From the human T2T-CHM13v2.0 reference genome, Homo sapiens: DNA of 64,000 nt. Under the pieces are notes generated by a model, which saw nothing but the letters and a program-made list of their open reading frames with translations, made no database searches and was not told where the DNA came from. Position 1 is the stretch's first letter. Each line of letters opens with the position of its first letter. This document shows, in pieces, positions 44,201-59,503 of this stretch. Where the stretch lies: the NCBI RefSeq assembly GCF_009914755.1, contig NC_060927.1, one strand, 5' to 3'. The position numbers were made by a program, and so were the translations under genes.

Positions 44201-45029
44201 GACTCACCAATTTGATTTGCCCCCAGGGGGGTGAGACACGTGGCATATCTAGAGAGGGAACTGGAAACTTGGGAAAACTGATGAAATCAAGGGGAAATAA
44301 AGAGTTTAGACCTTTGTACTCCCTGAACATGTGGAATCAGCTTTAAACATGCCTTTCAGAACTCTTGGAGCTCTTTTATCAAATTTATAGGAGTTACTTC
44401 TTGTTCCAAAAAACAAAATGTCAGCAGGCCTGGTTCTTATTTCTTTTCTTTGATTTGTCTGGAACTCCCTTTATCATCTCTGCCAGTTCCAAGGACAGTT
44501 AACACACGGAGTGAGGCGCAGTCAGATCCCAGCCATTGCTTTTTATAGTCCCGCTACCTTACCAGACTGTACAGACACACACAATTTTCCAGCTTTACAC
44601 CGAGAAAAGAACAGAAAAGAGAAAGAATAACGAGTCATACCCTGTTGTTTTCGTAGGATGTTCTGACTTTGAAAAGGGATTGCCTTACACTTAAGTAATA
44701 AACAGTGTGTTGTGGGACAGATATATGAACATTCGCTCTCCCCAGTTTGCCCAAGTCTAAAATAAGTAAAATAGTTTTTTTTACTGTGTATTTATTTTAC
44801 TGCATATTTTTATTATCTTTTACAGGCATGAACTGAAATAGATAATGAGATACTTATAAATTCCGTAAACATCCTGATTGGCAGAATTGCATGATTGGAA
44901 GGATGCTTTCAGATCACTGAGTTCCGTACCCTCCTAGCATTTGCCATCCCTTTATAAAGCCCTCACCAAATGTCATCTGTCTTACCTGTACCAACCCCCT
45001 GTATGCATAACTCGTCATCTTTGGAGGTA

Positions 45030-45108
45030 TTAGATTGGTACAAAAGTCATTGTGGTTTTGCGATTACTTTTAACAGCAAAAATCGCAATTACTTTCTCAC
45101 CAACCTAA
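45030..45108. mobile_element. MADE1 (Hsmar1 mariner MITE), full length, palindromic
   Basis: TA|ttagattggtacaaaagtcattgtggttttgcgatt actttt aacagcaaaaatcgcaattactttctcaccaacctaa|TA: two TIRs with a TA TSD. Confidence 0.9.
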
Positions 45109-45506
45109 TACTTCATGCTCTCTTTTGCCAGATAGGACTATTGGGAAGACTTTATTTATATAGCAACCCAGTCCATCCACCATCAGTCCCGATTCAACCC
45201 TATAAGGCCCTACAGCAAATGGAATCTTTACTCAAATGTTCATGTCAAAATTCTAAGAGTCATTCTTTATTCTCCTCTGTCGCATACTCCTTTTCCAATC
45301 CATCCACAAACACTGTCAGATCCGCCCTCAAATTTTATGACAAGCTTTGTCCTTTTTCCTGTCCAAGTCCACCGCCCTAATATAAGCCACCATCATTCTG
45401 TAGCCTGGACTATGGCAATAGTTTTCTAACTAGGGTTCATGCTTTCATAGTTGCCTGCCACCATTTATTGTCTCTGTAGCACCCAAAGAAGATGTTTTTA
45501 AAAATA

Positions 45507-47039
<1,533 letters not shown>

Positions 47040-50000
47040 TCTATTCTATGTTATCCTCTTTGTAAAAACTTGCTAGTGCCTTCTCATCCCACCCACAGTG
47101 GAGCCATACAAGGGTATATGATGTAATCTGACCCCTGGTTCTCTTTCTAATCAACTCTCCTGCCTCTTTCTAATTCACTGCTCTCTAACCATGCTTGGAC
47201 ATCCTTTGAAAAAAATCTAAACTTTTGCATTTGCTGTTCCCTCTGCCTATAATGCTATTCCTTCAGGTAGCCGCATGATTAAATCTTTTACTTTCTACAG
47301 GTCTCTGCTCAAGTGTTTCCACCTCAAGAGAGGTCTCCTCTGGCCCCCCAATCTAAGATATCACCACTACTCTTTATTCTCAGCTTTGATGATCTTCATA
47401 GCATTTCTCCTCTCCTGCTAGTTGATATGTCTATTTTATAACCCACTAGATCACAAACTCCTCAAGAACAAGGATTTTGTGTTACTCACTTTTGTAACCC
47501 TAATGCTTACCACATTTTAATGAAGTAATGTTACAAAAATAGTGAATGAATAAATGAATATAGGTCATTTTTAATAATTCCTCCAAACAACTATCCTTCC
47601 ATCATTTGGAGATATGTACTTATTTCCACATCATTTTTTTTTTCTAGAATATACAATCCGATTTCCATCACTGGTCTACACGTGGTTTCTAATCCTCTCC
47701 CTTCTTGCTTCCCTTTTCTTTCCTCCATTCAATTTGCCAGCTACCTTCTCACAGGCGCTGGTGCCAAACCAGTGTGGTAGTTATGTGTGTGAGTTCTAGA
47801 GTCAGACTGCAAGGTTCAAATCCAATTTCCACCACTAACGACTTGTTTACCTTGACACAAGTCATTTGATATTCTTGAGTAATAAGCAATAGTAACTAAA
47901 TTAAACAATAAAAAGATAAATTTATTAGAGATATATAGACTGGCTAAGACATATGGTAAAAAAAATAGTATCAGGCCCTAGAAAAGTCAGAAAGGAAAAG
48001 AACTTGGAGGCCAGAGCTCTATGGCCATCCTTTCAGAGGACTACTGTTGAGATGTTGAGGTGTTATTACTTTATGTTACTTTATGTTCTTATAATACTCC
48101 ATTCATTATTCAAATTCCTAAAAAAAGTAATACTATGGGTTCGGTTTGATTCAAATTTTCACCCTTTAGCTTAGGGTTTGATTGGTGTTCAACTAAGCCT
48201 GTCCATAAAGGTGGAGAGGTAGTTACCCAAAGAAGAAGAGATGGAATGGATATTGGCCAGGCCAATAGGCAGATGGCCACTGCACACTCTAACCTTCCAT
48301 GTCCTCACTTGCAAGTAGGGGATAATAATAGTTACTGCTGCATTTGTTGTCTTGAAGCTTAAACAGCCTAATGTGTATGAAAGGTTTAGCATAGTGTCTG
48401 CATGTAGTGAGCATAGTAAGCCTCTAGCAAGTAGGGGACCCAACATGGAATTTAATACTCCAGGTGTGTTCGAGTGGGATGCCAGCTTCCTCATTTCAGA
48501 CCCTTAGTAACAGAGCCTGAGGTGAAATGTACATTTCATCAGCCACAGTCAACTCTAATTGAGCTTTTTGTAAACTAAGACCCCCGAGTTGTTTCCATAA
48601 GTGCTTCTTCTACCAGCTCTTGAACCCACTCCTTGCACAAACACAGCTGATTAGTCCTTACCCTTACCCCACGAATTAATCTTGTTAGATATGATCCATC
48701 ACTGCCCTACGTAGCCTGAAATCTGAATTCTGTCTTCTAACAAAAACTTTTAGCTGTGTGTCACCTGCACATTTATGATGGCCAGATTAACTGAGATTAC
48801 AAGAGAAAGTGCATGTGAAGTCCTTTGCAACTACGAAGCACAACACAAATGAAAGGTGTTATTTTTGTTCTCATTCAAGAAGTGATAAATGTAAACTACT
48901 TAGTGCAGTGTCCATTTTCCTGGCATATGCCAAATCCCCCTTTTTTTCCCCTCATTTCAGTTCCCCAGATAAACCTGTACACCTTCCCAAAGTGGATAAA
49001 TTTAGGTATGTTACAAGCATGTGGTGTTTTCCCATGAGCATCAGTCTTGATAGTTTCAAGGAATTGAGACTTTAAACAGACAGCAATCTAGTTCTTAAGC
49101 CACGTGGGCATATGTTCTCCATCTTCTAAGTTTGACCATGGCTAGCTTCAAAAGCAACAACCAGTGCTATTTCAGAGCAAATGTAATTTACATTATCTGA
49201 TTGTCAACAATACAATATCTCTACATATCATGCTCATGGAGATAGCTACAATAAAGACTTTGTATGAATAGCTCTGGTAAGGGATTTAGGGCAATGTTAT
49301 TTACACAGCTTTAGCTTTTTCTGCAGAAACCACGCAGAGTACTGATACTCTGTGAAGAATGTATTGATGACATATGCCTACTGGGTACGTGTCCTTCACC
49401 ATTTTACAAGTCTACTCAGATGCCAAACAAAAATCCTTAGCACTACTGTTCTTTGGATTGAAACTAGATTCACTTCACTGTATTAAGGCAAAATAAATAT
49501 GCCTTAGCATGTCAAAATATTATACATCCATGTGGTTTAAGCCATGGGTGGTACACCTAGGTACCTAATGCTGTCAGATACTGCAGCATAGCTCTATATT
49601 TCTATTTCCCATGACACTATAAATGTTCATGTCTTTCCCATCAGTCTTTCACATTGACATTTCCTGTGTTTTTATACTTGGGGAAAGTTAATGTCTTTCT
49701 TGTTCTGTTCAAAAAAGAACCTTCTCAGGAGTTACCAAACTCATTGGATTATACTTTTTTGATGTTCAAATCTAGGCATCTTTGAAGCATGCAGTGAGAA
49801 TTTTGAGGAATAAAGGCCATTTTTCCCAAACCAGCACTTGCTCCTCAAAGGAAAAACGATTATGTTCATAATTAAGCTTCAATGAAATCAGGCAGAGACA
49901 AAAACTGAATGCAAGAATGAGTGCTTAGGGCAAATGCTGACCGTCAGCAGGCACTTTTCTCCTCTCTTTGAGAATTCTCCATTCTTGAGGTCTGATCAAG

Positions 50001-51371
50001 CCATATTTCTGCTATTTTTAAACAGTCCTGGGCCCTTTGAGGGCACTCTGGTTTCAATCCTCCCAGAGATAAGAAACGTTCAGCTGTGACAGGAGGCTTT
50101 TTCAGGGTAGAGCATGTACTGTTATAGCACAGGACCAGGAGGGTCGTGAGGTTTGCTGAGCTGTAGCCAAGAGTATTCAAAGCAAAGGCCTTTGAAAGGG
50201 AGGTTTCCCTTTGCAGAGAGATATGATGATTTCACCTAGCTCCCCGTCCTCAGGCATAGAAAGGATTTCACATCTTGTTAGAACTTTTATGCTCTGCATG
50301 CTAATTGGAAAATGTAAGCCTAATAATGTTGTTTCTCTCCCATCTATTTATTATTTGTACTTGGATGAATTCTCACCTCACAAGGCATGCTCATGATGTT
50401 GGTATAAAATTCTTTATTTTGGCAATGTTTTTATTTTTTCCTGCATACTGATTTTTAAAAATCCTGGGGCCAGATTCCATTATCTCATATTTCTCCTCCG
50501 ACTTCACAAGGCAGATAATTATTACAGGCAACCAGCCACCTTCTGTCTTTTCACTTTTTACTGGTAAGAGATGACTCCTAAAATACAAGATCCAAGTGAA
50601 CCTGAAGAGTGATATATATGTGAACTGGTATAATTAATTAAAATAGAATGCAGTTTCAATAACATGACATCATGACTTGGTATTTGGAAAGTAAACATAG
50701 GCTGGAATTTAATGACAAGATATAGACTAGGTGGAGGAAAACATAGGTTGAGGGCTTACATAGTAAGATTTTGCAATCTTCTTTAGTGATAGGAGGCAAG
50801 ATCTCAAAACGTATGTAAGCTCAGCATAACTTAGGGAATTCAGTGCAATGCTGATCATGCAATGTTGTAAATGGTCCTTAGGTCAGAGATGGCTCTCATC
50901 TCACTGTCTGTTTTGTGTCATCCCTTTGGGTTCACTCTTCCATGCAGCTCATGATCTTCAGAGCCCTAGGCTGTGCTGTGGAATGTCACATGTATTATAA
51001 CAAATGACCTTCTATGCATGGAGGCAGATGCAAAGTGTGCATCCGAGCATTCAGGGCCTTGTTTTGCCTATCTTGTTTCATATCATATGTGGGAAAATGA
51101 TCTGCTTTAGGTTTTGTTGTATGGGATTAGTTAACTTTTTCACTGTGTCTTTGCTTGAATTGCATAGCTCACTAGCATGGAAAACAAGCTATGCCATATG
51201 CTAAATTCTATCCCATCATTTACTAAGATAAAATAAAGACCAGAGAACTCAAATGCCTCCAGAAAGGACCAGAGGAGGGGGGAAGATTTCTCCAGAAGAC
51301 AAATGCGTGAAGAAGGAGGATAGTTGGAGCAGCAATTTTCAAATTACTTTGTATAAGATTTACCAGGAACT

Positions 51372-51671
51372 GGCCAGGCGTGGTGGTTCACGTCTGTAAT
51401 CCCAGCACTTTGGGAGGCTGAGGCGGGCAGATCATGAGGTCAGGAGTTCGAGACCATCCTGGCTAACACAGTGAAACCCTGTCACTACTAAAAATACAGA
51501 AACAAAATTAGCCGGGTGTAGTGGGGAGCCTGTAGTCCCAGCTACTCAGGAGGCTGAGGTGGGAGAATGGCGTGAACCTGGGAGGCGGAGCTTGCAGTGA
51601 GCGGAGATCGTGCCGCTGCACTCCAGCCTGGGTAACAGAGCGAGACTCCATCTCAAAAAAAAAAAAAAAAA
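51372..51671 (+). mobile_element. AluY-like
   Basis: Contains accatcctggctaacac, gagaatggcgtgaacc and gagcttgcagtgagc. TSD aagatttaccaggaact at 51355-51371 and 51672-51688. Confidence 0.94.
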
Positions 51672-52652
51672 AAGATTTACCAGGAACTTGCTAAAGCACA
51701 CACTCGCATGCACATGTACACACACATGCACAGTATCCTAGACCCCAGTCATGGAGAATCTGATTCTCTAAGTCTTAAGCAAGGCTCTCTGTACTTTTAA
51801 CAAGCTCCCAGGTACTTGGAGGCAGTAGTCCATTGACTATCCTTTCAGAAATAACTGACTTGGTGGGTGCTAATTGGTAGAGGAAAGAACACACACTTGG
51901 GAAGCCAGATGGCATAGGTTTGGCTGAAGCATTGACCACTGGTCAAATTCTTTAACTTCCTTAGGCTTTATTTTGCTTATCTGTAAAACCATTATAATGG
52001 TATGCCCCCTGAAATGTGGATCGGTGTCAGTCAAATGCCTAGAACACTGCTGGATAGATGATAAGAACTCAATATATCACAATTATTATGACTATCACTA
52101 CTGCTATTTTAAAAAGTCATGTCAAGGAAGTACTAAAGTGACTTAAATACTAGACAATGGGGTTCTAGGGCCAAGTCAACAAATGAGCTTTAGTAACTGG
52201 TAGATAGACTACTATCAACTAATCATGTTGGTCATTCCAATCTTCTGTACTTGCAGCTTCCTTGATTTTAATCTCTGTGACATTGTGCTCTTTTCTTATT
52301 TAAAAGTACATGTCATGGGAACCTGTTTTATTACCATAAATTATATTTCCTTGTGGATATACCAGTAAAACCGCAGAGTGAAACATTCTTACTTTTCTTG
52401 ATTTTCCCATACCTACATAAGGTGATATCACTACAGGTGCTGTACTGTTCCAAAGAGGTAACAGTTGAAAATAGTGGCAACCATAAAGGAAAAATGCCAG
52501 AAAGATATGTTCCAAAACCCTGCTACTCTACAGTGATGGGAATGCATGGCATACACACAGTTCTGTCTTCCAAAGCAGGATTCAGTGCTCCAATGTACTG
52601 GTTGCAAAAAGAATATAATATGTTGGATGGTTAGTCATGGTGGCAGTGGAGA

Positions 52653-52792
52653 CAGGGCTGGCATCATTAGAAAGGTCCCACATTTGTTTTAATACTTTCC
52701 TGTCACCATCTTGAAATTTTTAATAATTTTTGAACATGAGGCCCCACATTTTCATTTTGCAGTGGGCCCTACAGGTTTTTTAGCTGGCCCTG
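52653..52792. mobile_element. MER91A-like (hAT-Tip100 MITE)
   Basis: Runs cagggctggc...catcttgaaatttttaataatttttgaacatgaggccccacattttcattttgcagtgggccc...gctggccctg; TIRs caggg...ccctg. Confidence 0.7.
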
Positions 52793-52799
52793 AGTGTAA

Positions 52800-53167
<368 letters not shown>

Positions 53168-55992
53168 CGTCAGAGGATTTTAAACATAGATACACTCTAA
53201 TTTATATTCTGAAGAGGTATTTTTATTTACTTATTTTTCCTGCTGGGTGAAAATAAATCATGGGCGAATGGAATGAAAGGAGGTCATTTTTCTATTCAGA
53301 TGAGAGTTGACAGTGGCTTGGGGTAGATTGTCAAAATGGAGTCTTCCAAGCATCCAAAAGAACAGAGTTGAGATATATTTTTGGAGGCAGAACCAACAAG
53401 TCTAAAAGTTTAACAAAAAAAAAATTATTGATGTCATAAACTTCTCTCCTCTACAAGGTGGCTTCTTGTCAAGCCAGAGGAAGGCTCAAAGAACCATGCT
53501 GGTGGAAGCAGTAAGTTGAACACGAGATTCTTGGCACTGACCCTAGCAACTTTTGGCCTGGAGTCTAATGACCAGGCCCAGTGAGAGCTCTGCTGAGCAG
53601 GTTTCAGGCTGACCAAGGTCATCCAGCAGCGAACCCTGTAGATGGGGTCAGAGGAAGAGTCTAACTTGCAGCTGTGGCCTAGAGTCGCCAATGACAGCAA
53701 TTATTGATGGCTGTCCTTTGTCCTGACTTGGGGGCAGTCAGATGACAATGAATATAAGGATGAAGAGGTTAACATGGGACTAGGTACATGAGTATAGGCT
53801 TGTTAAGAGAAAACAGTGGAAGAAAAACACCCAAACACCAGTTAAATGGCTCTTTTTAGAGCTCCAATATTGTCTAGATTAGAAAGGGCTGCATTTTAAT
53901 ATTTATAATGGTTTCTTGTTTATTACATCTTATTTGGCCTTTGGAAAATATTTCAAGGATGAATTTCATGGTTGTTACTGATGATTAAGTTCCACAATTA
54001 ATTTTAAACTTAACATGACCTACTGCTATTTCTTTAATCTATCCAGTGAGACTCCTTGGAATTTACATTAGCCAATTAATCAACATGACTATGGGGAAGA
54101 TACCAGGGTGGCATGCTCTCACAGCCACAAAGTCAACGCAGTTCATTCAAATATAGAAACCTCAGAGATCTAAGCCTATTTTATCCCCACCTACATTGAC
54201 TTTAATCATGTTTATAAAGTGCAGTGGGGTACCATTCTTTTTCTTTAATTTCTTGAGATTATTTTGGCTACTGAGCTGAGGATGTCACATGGCCTTGAGA
54301 TAATGAGCTTTTTCTGTAGTGGCCCCATGATGGGCTTTTGTAACTGTTCCATTAAAATGGAAAAAGAAAGCTAGGTTGGCCATTCTTAAATGAAAAATAG
54401 TTCTCCAAATCTGTGCTGACACTTTAGGTTAACAAGTTCACAATCCTATGTTGAAGTGAAAATGGAACCCTAAAAATGCTCACTGCCCACTCATCCATTT
54501 TCCTTTAAGAACACCTGAAATACAACTTTAAGGTTTTCAAATCACTTCTGCCTTGTTTTGTTTTGTTGTGTTTTTGCTAAGGCAGTAACACCATTTGATG
54601 AAATGAATGTTAAGGGGAAGGAGGGGCATAGATTCTTCCAAAAACAAGATAACAAAATCAAAGGCACTCTTTTATTCCAGTTAAACCTTTATATCTGTTT
54701 TCATGTGTAAAGCAAAACTGGGCCTCAGAAATGCATTGGCCAGCAGGCAAGTATATTTGTTTGTTTTAATTTGTGTATTCAATTGGTCTTAGAATCCACT
54801 TTAAAAATACATAAATATTTTCCTTGGAAATGCAGATACTTCCTGCATTTATGAAGGAAAAAAATAAATGAAAGCCCTGTTTGTTTTACATGACCAGATG
54901 TGGACTGTATACCATGTGGGATGGAGATAAAAAAGAACCGGACTGGCTTGGAGCTCTATGCTCTCCCCAGCTATGACCCTGGGTGAGTCATATCCACCCT
55001 CCTCCTAGCCTCAGTGTCATCTCTAAAATATCAACCAAATAATAATGTGAATGCTAAAGATTCTTCTAGTTCCGTAACGTATTACTACCAGGAGCCACTT
55101 CCTTTTCTTTCATTTCTTACATTTTCAATAACTTAATGAGTTTTTTTGCACTAATGTGAAACTTGGTTCGGTACTTTTCCTACATCATCTCATTTTCTCT
55201 TCTATTAAAAAAAGATTTTTCTTTTACCCTTTGGTAAGCCTCCAAAATAAAGCAGAGTATCTGTACAGTGGGAATTAATTGGAGGTTTATTGATCCTTTT
55301 GTCTTTTGGTTGTTTGTAAGCATATGAACTTGTATTTAAGTGTTTACAGGCATAGATTATTCCAACAATCATTGTAGAGTCAAGAAAACATATAATGACA
55401 AAATGAGTTGGTTGTTGATATATTTAAAAATAATATTTGACATTTCTCTTGGAAAAAATAGAGATGAAGAAATGTGGAAATAGCCTACAGCCTATATATA
55501 TGTTATATAAACTTCAATCTCATCTAATTCATTCATCCATCCATCTATCTTTTTCCCTAGCAGAAGACATTGATGTATGTAGTATAATGGCAACATCTGC
55601 TGATCTTGAGAATGATATGAATTTCAGTACTATAACTCTTAGAGTTGCCCTGTAATTTCACTTTTTGACTAAGTTATGCTACTCTCATCTGTCAAGCCAG
55701 CACACATATTCCAAGCATTAAGACACAATTATGAAAGGCCCAATGAGCTACATACTTTACAGTTGTTAATATTCAGCTGTAGGATATCTCTATGTTGTTA
55801 GTACAGGGTGCTGATTTCATTGGTCAGATTGTAAAATAATATTACAGATGTTAAAATTGAAGTTCGGTGGGATCCCATAGACAAAAATAGACATTACATT
55901 GTAGATTTTGGTATCTTAATACTCTCTTAATAATTGAGAAAAACTAAGGTTGTGGGCACAAATCTTGACATAAAAGTGTCACATCTCTAGAG

Positions 55993-57760
55993 TAGCACTG
56001 TCTCATAGAAATACAATGTCAGTCAATAGGCAATTTTAAACTCTCTAGTAGCCACATTTTAAAAAGTAAAAAGAAATAGGTAAAATTAATTTTCATAGTA
56101 CATTTCATTTAAGCATGTATATCCATAACCGTATCATATCAACATAAAATCAATATAAAAATGATTAATGTGATATTTTAATTTTTTAATACTAAGTCTT
56201 TGAAATTTGGTGCATATTTTACGGTTAAAATACATCTCATAGGACAGAGAGAAGATCATTGGTGGGGCCACAAGCTGAGTGCAGGGGGAATAAAAGCACA
56301 TCTCAATTTGAATACTCTATTTGCATTGGAAATTCTCCAAATTTACACTTGAAAAACTAGATTCACATATCAGTTTCAGATAGTGTCCAGATTAAACAAA
56401 TTCACTTCTCTTACGTCAATTCAGAATTATTAACATCAAATCAAAATAGGTATAAGATAAATTGAAAAGCAACTCTCAATTTTTCTAATAACAAAGTATT
56501 CCTCAATTTTTTCTTGTAGTTTTGGAAGCGACTTTGTATAAGGCTAGCACTTATAATAATTATCTTCTTCATTTTGACTAATGTTAGAAAATACATGAAA
56601 TCATTATTGATTTGTATTATGAGAAGTTTACATTTTAACATAAATTCTCATAGTTGTCTAGCTGGGTCACAAATAAGCTTCAAATTTAGCTTGTTCAAAT
56701 CTAGTGTGATATTGGTGGAAACAAAATCATCCTGACATTTTTTGGTTTTGATTATTGAATATGTGGCAAGCATTCATTTTGTTTCAAGAGAATCTAGGGT
56801 TGGGGTTAAATCTTTATAAAACTCTTCCATCACTCAACCAGTGATATTGACAAAATACATAAGATCATTACAATCATTGCCTTCTATTCTCATCAGCAAA
56901 TCTATAATGCGGCAATAATTTCGAGCATTTGCACATATACTGAATGATTTTTAACAATTGTACCATGACACTTTTCATAGAGTATTCTTTAAGAAAATGG
57001 AGCACAAATATTTTCAATATAAATCTTATAGTAGAACCAAACAATAAAGGGATCACCCATCTCTTGCTTTAAAGTTGCATTAACTTTGAATGTTTGACCT
57101 AACATACCTGGAATGCCATCCATCATGATAGAAACTTTCATATCTAGCTAAAATGCTTCTTTGGCAGACATGAAAAGTTGAAAAATATATATCCAAGTTT
57201 GACTTTTTTGTTTGATTTAGCATTTCTTAGTCAATTTGGAAATCCTTTAAGATCAAATATACCCAGAGTAATAATTGGGCAGTGTACCTGCTAAAAAAGA
57301 AAGCTACAAGAAAGTAGTTGCAATTTTTTCATATTTTGAATAATTTGATCTTTGACATCATTAGAAAAGTCTTGCATTCTATGGGCAATTGTTTGCTGAT
57401 GATCTTTAATTTTTTATATATTTTTTGTCTTTTTCTGTGATTTTCTAGTTCGATTTCCATAATGGGGTTTAATTTCTTTACCATGTCTCTATCTAAAAAA
57501 TAGCTTTCTTTCTTTTTCTTTAATGAATCCAAGTTCTTCATAGCTGGCCAAAATTATAAGCCATATCCTATTCAAAAAACATTTAAAATTTGTTGGATAT
57601 TTTACTTGGATTTTAACTAATTTCATTGATCATTTTTTGACTTTTGAAAAGAAACTTATCAATATCATTGAACAATATTTTGTAATGGATTTTATAGCAG
57701 AATGAACATATAAGTAATAGACTCAATCATTCTTAATCACAGAGTGGCTGCTGAGAGCTT
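55993..57760 (-). mobile_element. hAT-Charlie (Charlie5-like) fragment with decayed transposase coding sequence
   Basis: MER33-type end at 55993 (agcactgtctcatagaaatacaatg...ctagtagccacattttaaaaagtaaaaagaaa). Minus-strand translations IMMDGIPGMLG (57129-57097; cf. hAT TDGAPAM), MKSVMVQLLKIIQY and HWLSDGRVL*RF (56843-56808; cf. RWLSRG). Confidence 0.8.
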
Positions 57761-59094
57761 AGTGTGAGTAGAGTTTAGTAGCTAAATTCAGGCTTCATGA
57801 TAAATGTTACCGGTTTAATCCAGCCATTTCTGTCTGGGGCATGGAGTAGGAGTGGTAGCCAATATACCACTTATCTGTTTTAGAAAAATCACCTGTCTGA
57901 GGTTGAGAAGTCAGACTGCTTACTGTGTGGAACCTTGGGTAGATAACTTACATTTCCTGTGTCTACAGCTATGAACTATAACTGTTAAACAAGGAACTAA
58001 AACAGCCCCATGACCTAGCTATTACAATCACTGTCTTTCTCACAGTCTATTTGCTGCAAATTCTTCTATCCACTAAACGCCTTTTTCTGCTTTTTCAAAA
58101 ATTCTGCTGCTTTAGAACAAGGCTTCTGTTTGCCGTGGCACCAGTTCTAATCTGTATCATCTTTGTGGCACCCTTTCAGTTCTTTCTACCCATTCTAACT
58201 GGCTCCAGCTCTCTGTGTTTCCCAGGTGAAATTCCTACGAGCGATGATGTGACTGGCCGGTTCAGTTTTTTCACATTTAGCACATCACTGGCCAGCCTAC
58301 TGGGTCAGATATTAAACATCCCTGAGCCACTCAGCCACGGAAGCAAGGTCTCAGGATAGAAAACAAGGCCATGTGGGCTGTAATGGTTCTACATAGGGTG
58401 GTTCCCCTTAGAAAGAGGTGTGGGCAGGCAGGAAGGAAATAATTGACATCTGAAATACCAAGGATTGGCACAGAAAATCACTCTAGCTTCTATTCTCACA
58501 TACTTTCAACCAAATCATTTGAAAGACTTAGAAGAAGCAGAGAGATTTGTGAAGGAGAATTATTTATCCCAATATAAGAAACGAAGAAAATAAGGACTTC
58601 AATATTATCAGTGTCCCCAAAGTAATTATGTCCAAATTTGATCTCCTCTTTCTGTCGTTTTCCATCCACACCACCCCTGAATGCACGTCCCTTCACCTTG
58701 TCTCTTCCCTTACAAACTCCTCTGGCAACCAGCTTCTGGCTGGCCTCCCTGCATCCAACTCTTCCCGTTTTGATTTGGTCGATGCACAGAGAGAGTATGT
58801 TCTTTTACTTAAATGTGATGCTTGAGCCCATCTTTCCATTTCCCAGAACTGAGTTATGACTTGTAATTAATTCCATGTGATAAATACATATTGAACATAT
58901 ACTGTGCTAGGTGCTTTGGAGAATAAAAATGTGAACAAGATATCTATCCTGGCCTCCAGGAATGTAGTCTAGAAGAAATTTTACGACTTGTAACCAATGA
59001 TGTGTAATACAAAGAAGAACACAGTGTCCTAAGAGAGGTGTAGATTTTTTAAAAATTATGAGCATTCAATAGAAGGATAAAAGCAACGTTATTC

Positions 59095-59503
59095 CACTAA
59101 ATAGTTAACACCTGGCTCTCAATTGTGGCATGGGAAGAAGCCCTGATTTGTAGTGATTGCTGGTTTCCATAATGTAACTATTTTCATCATGGCTAACTTT
59201 AAACTACCCAACTGAAATCACTGAACAAAGAGTTGCGAAGAGACGTGTAGTAGCCCACCATTAAATAGTATCTCTACCATACAGATAGGATACACCTAAA
59301 TAATCTCAAAAACATAGCAGTAAAATGTATCAACAGTAAAATAATTAGGAAGTGTATTATTTTTGTTTTTAATATAATTCATTGAATTTTAATTTTATAT
59401 AATTTGATTTTAAACGATGCTGTGTTGAACAACTGGCTTAGAAAATTCCTGAAAATTTAATAATTGCTGTTCTTGAGCTGGTACAAGCCCGCTTCAGCAC
59501 ACT
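59095..59503. mobile_element. MER63-like (hAT-Blackjack) fragment
   Basis: Runs aagccctgatttgtagtgattgctggtttccat...aacaactggcttagaaaattcctgaaaattt...gagctggtacaagcccgcttcagcacactg. Confidence 0.65.
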
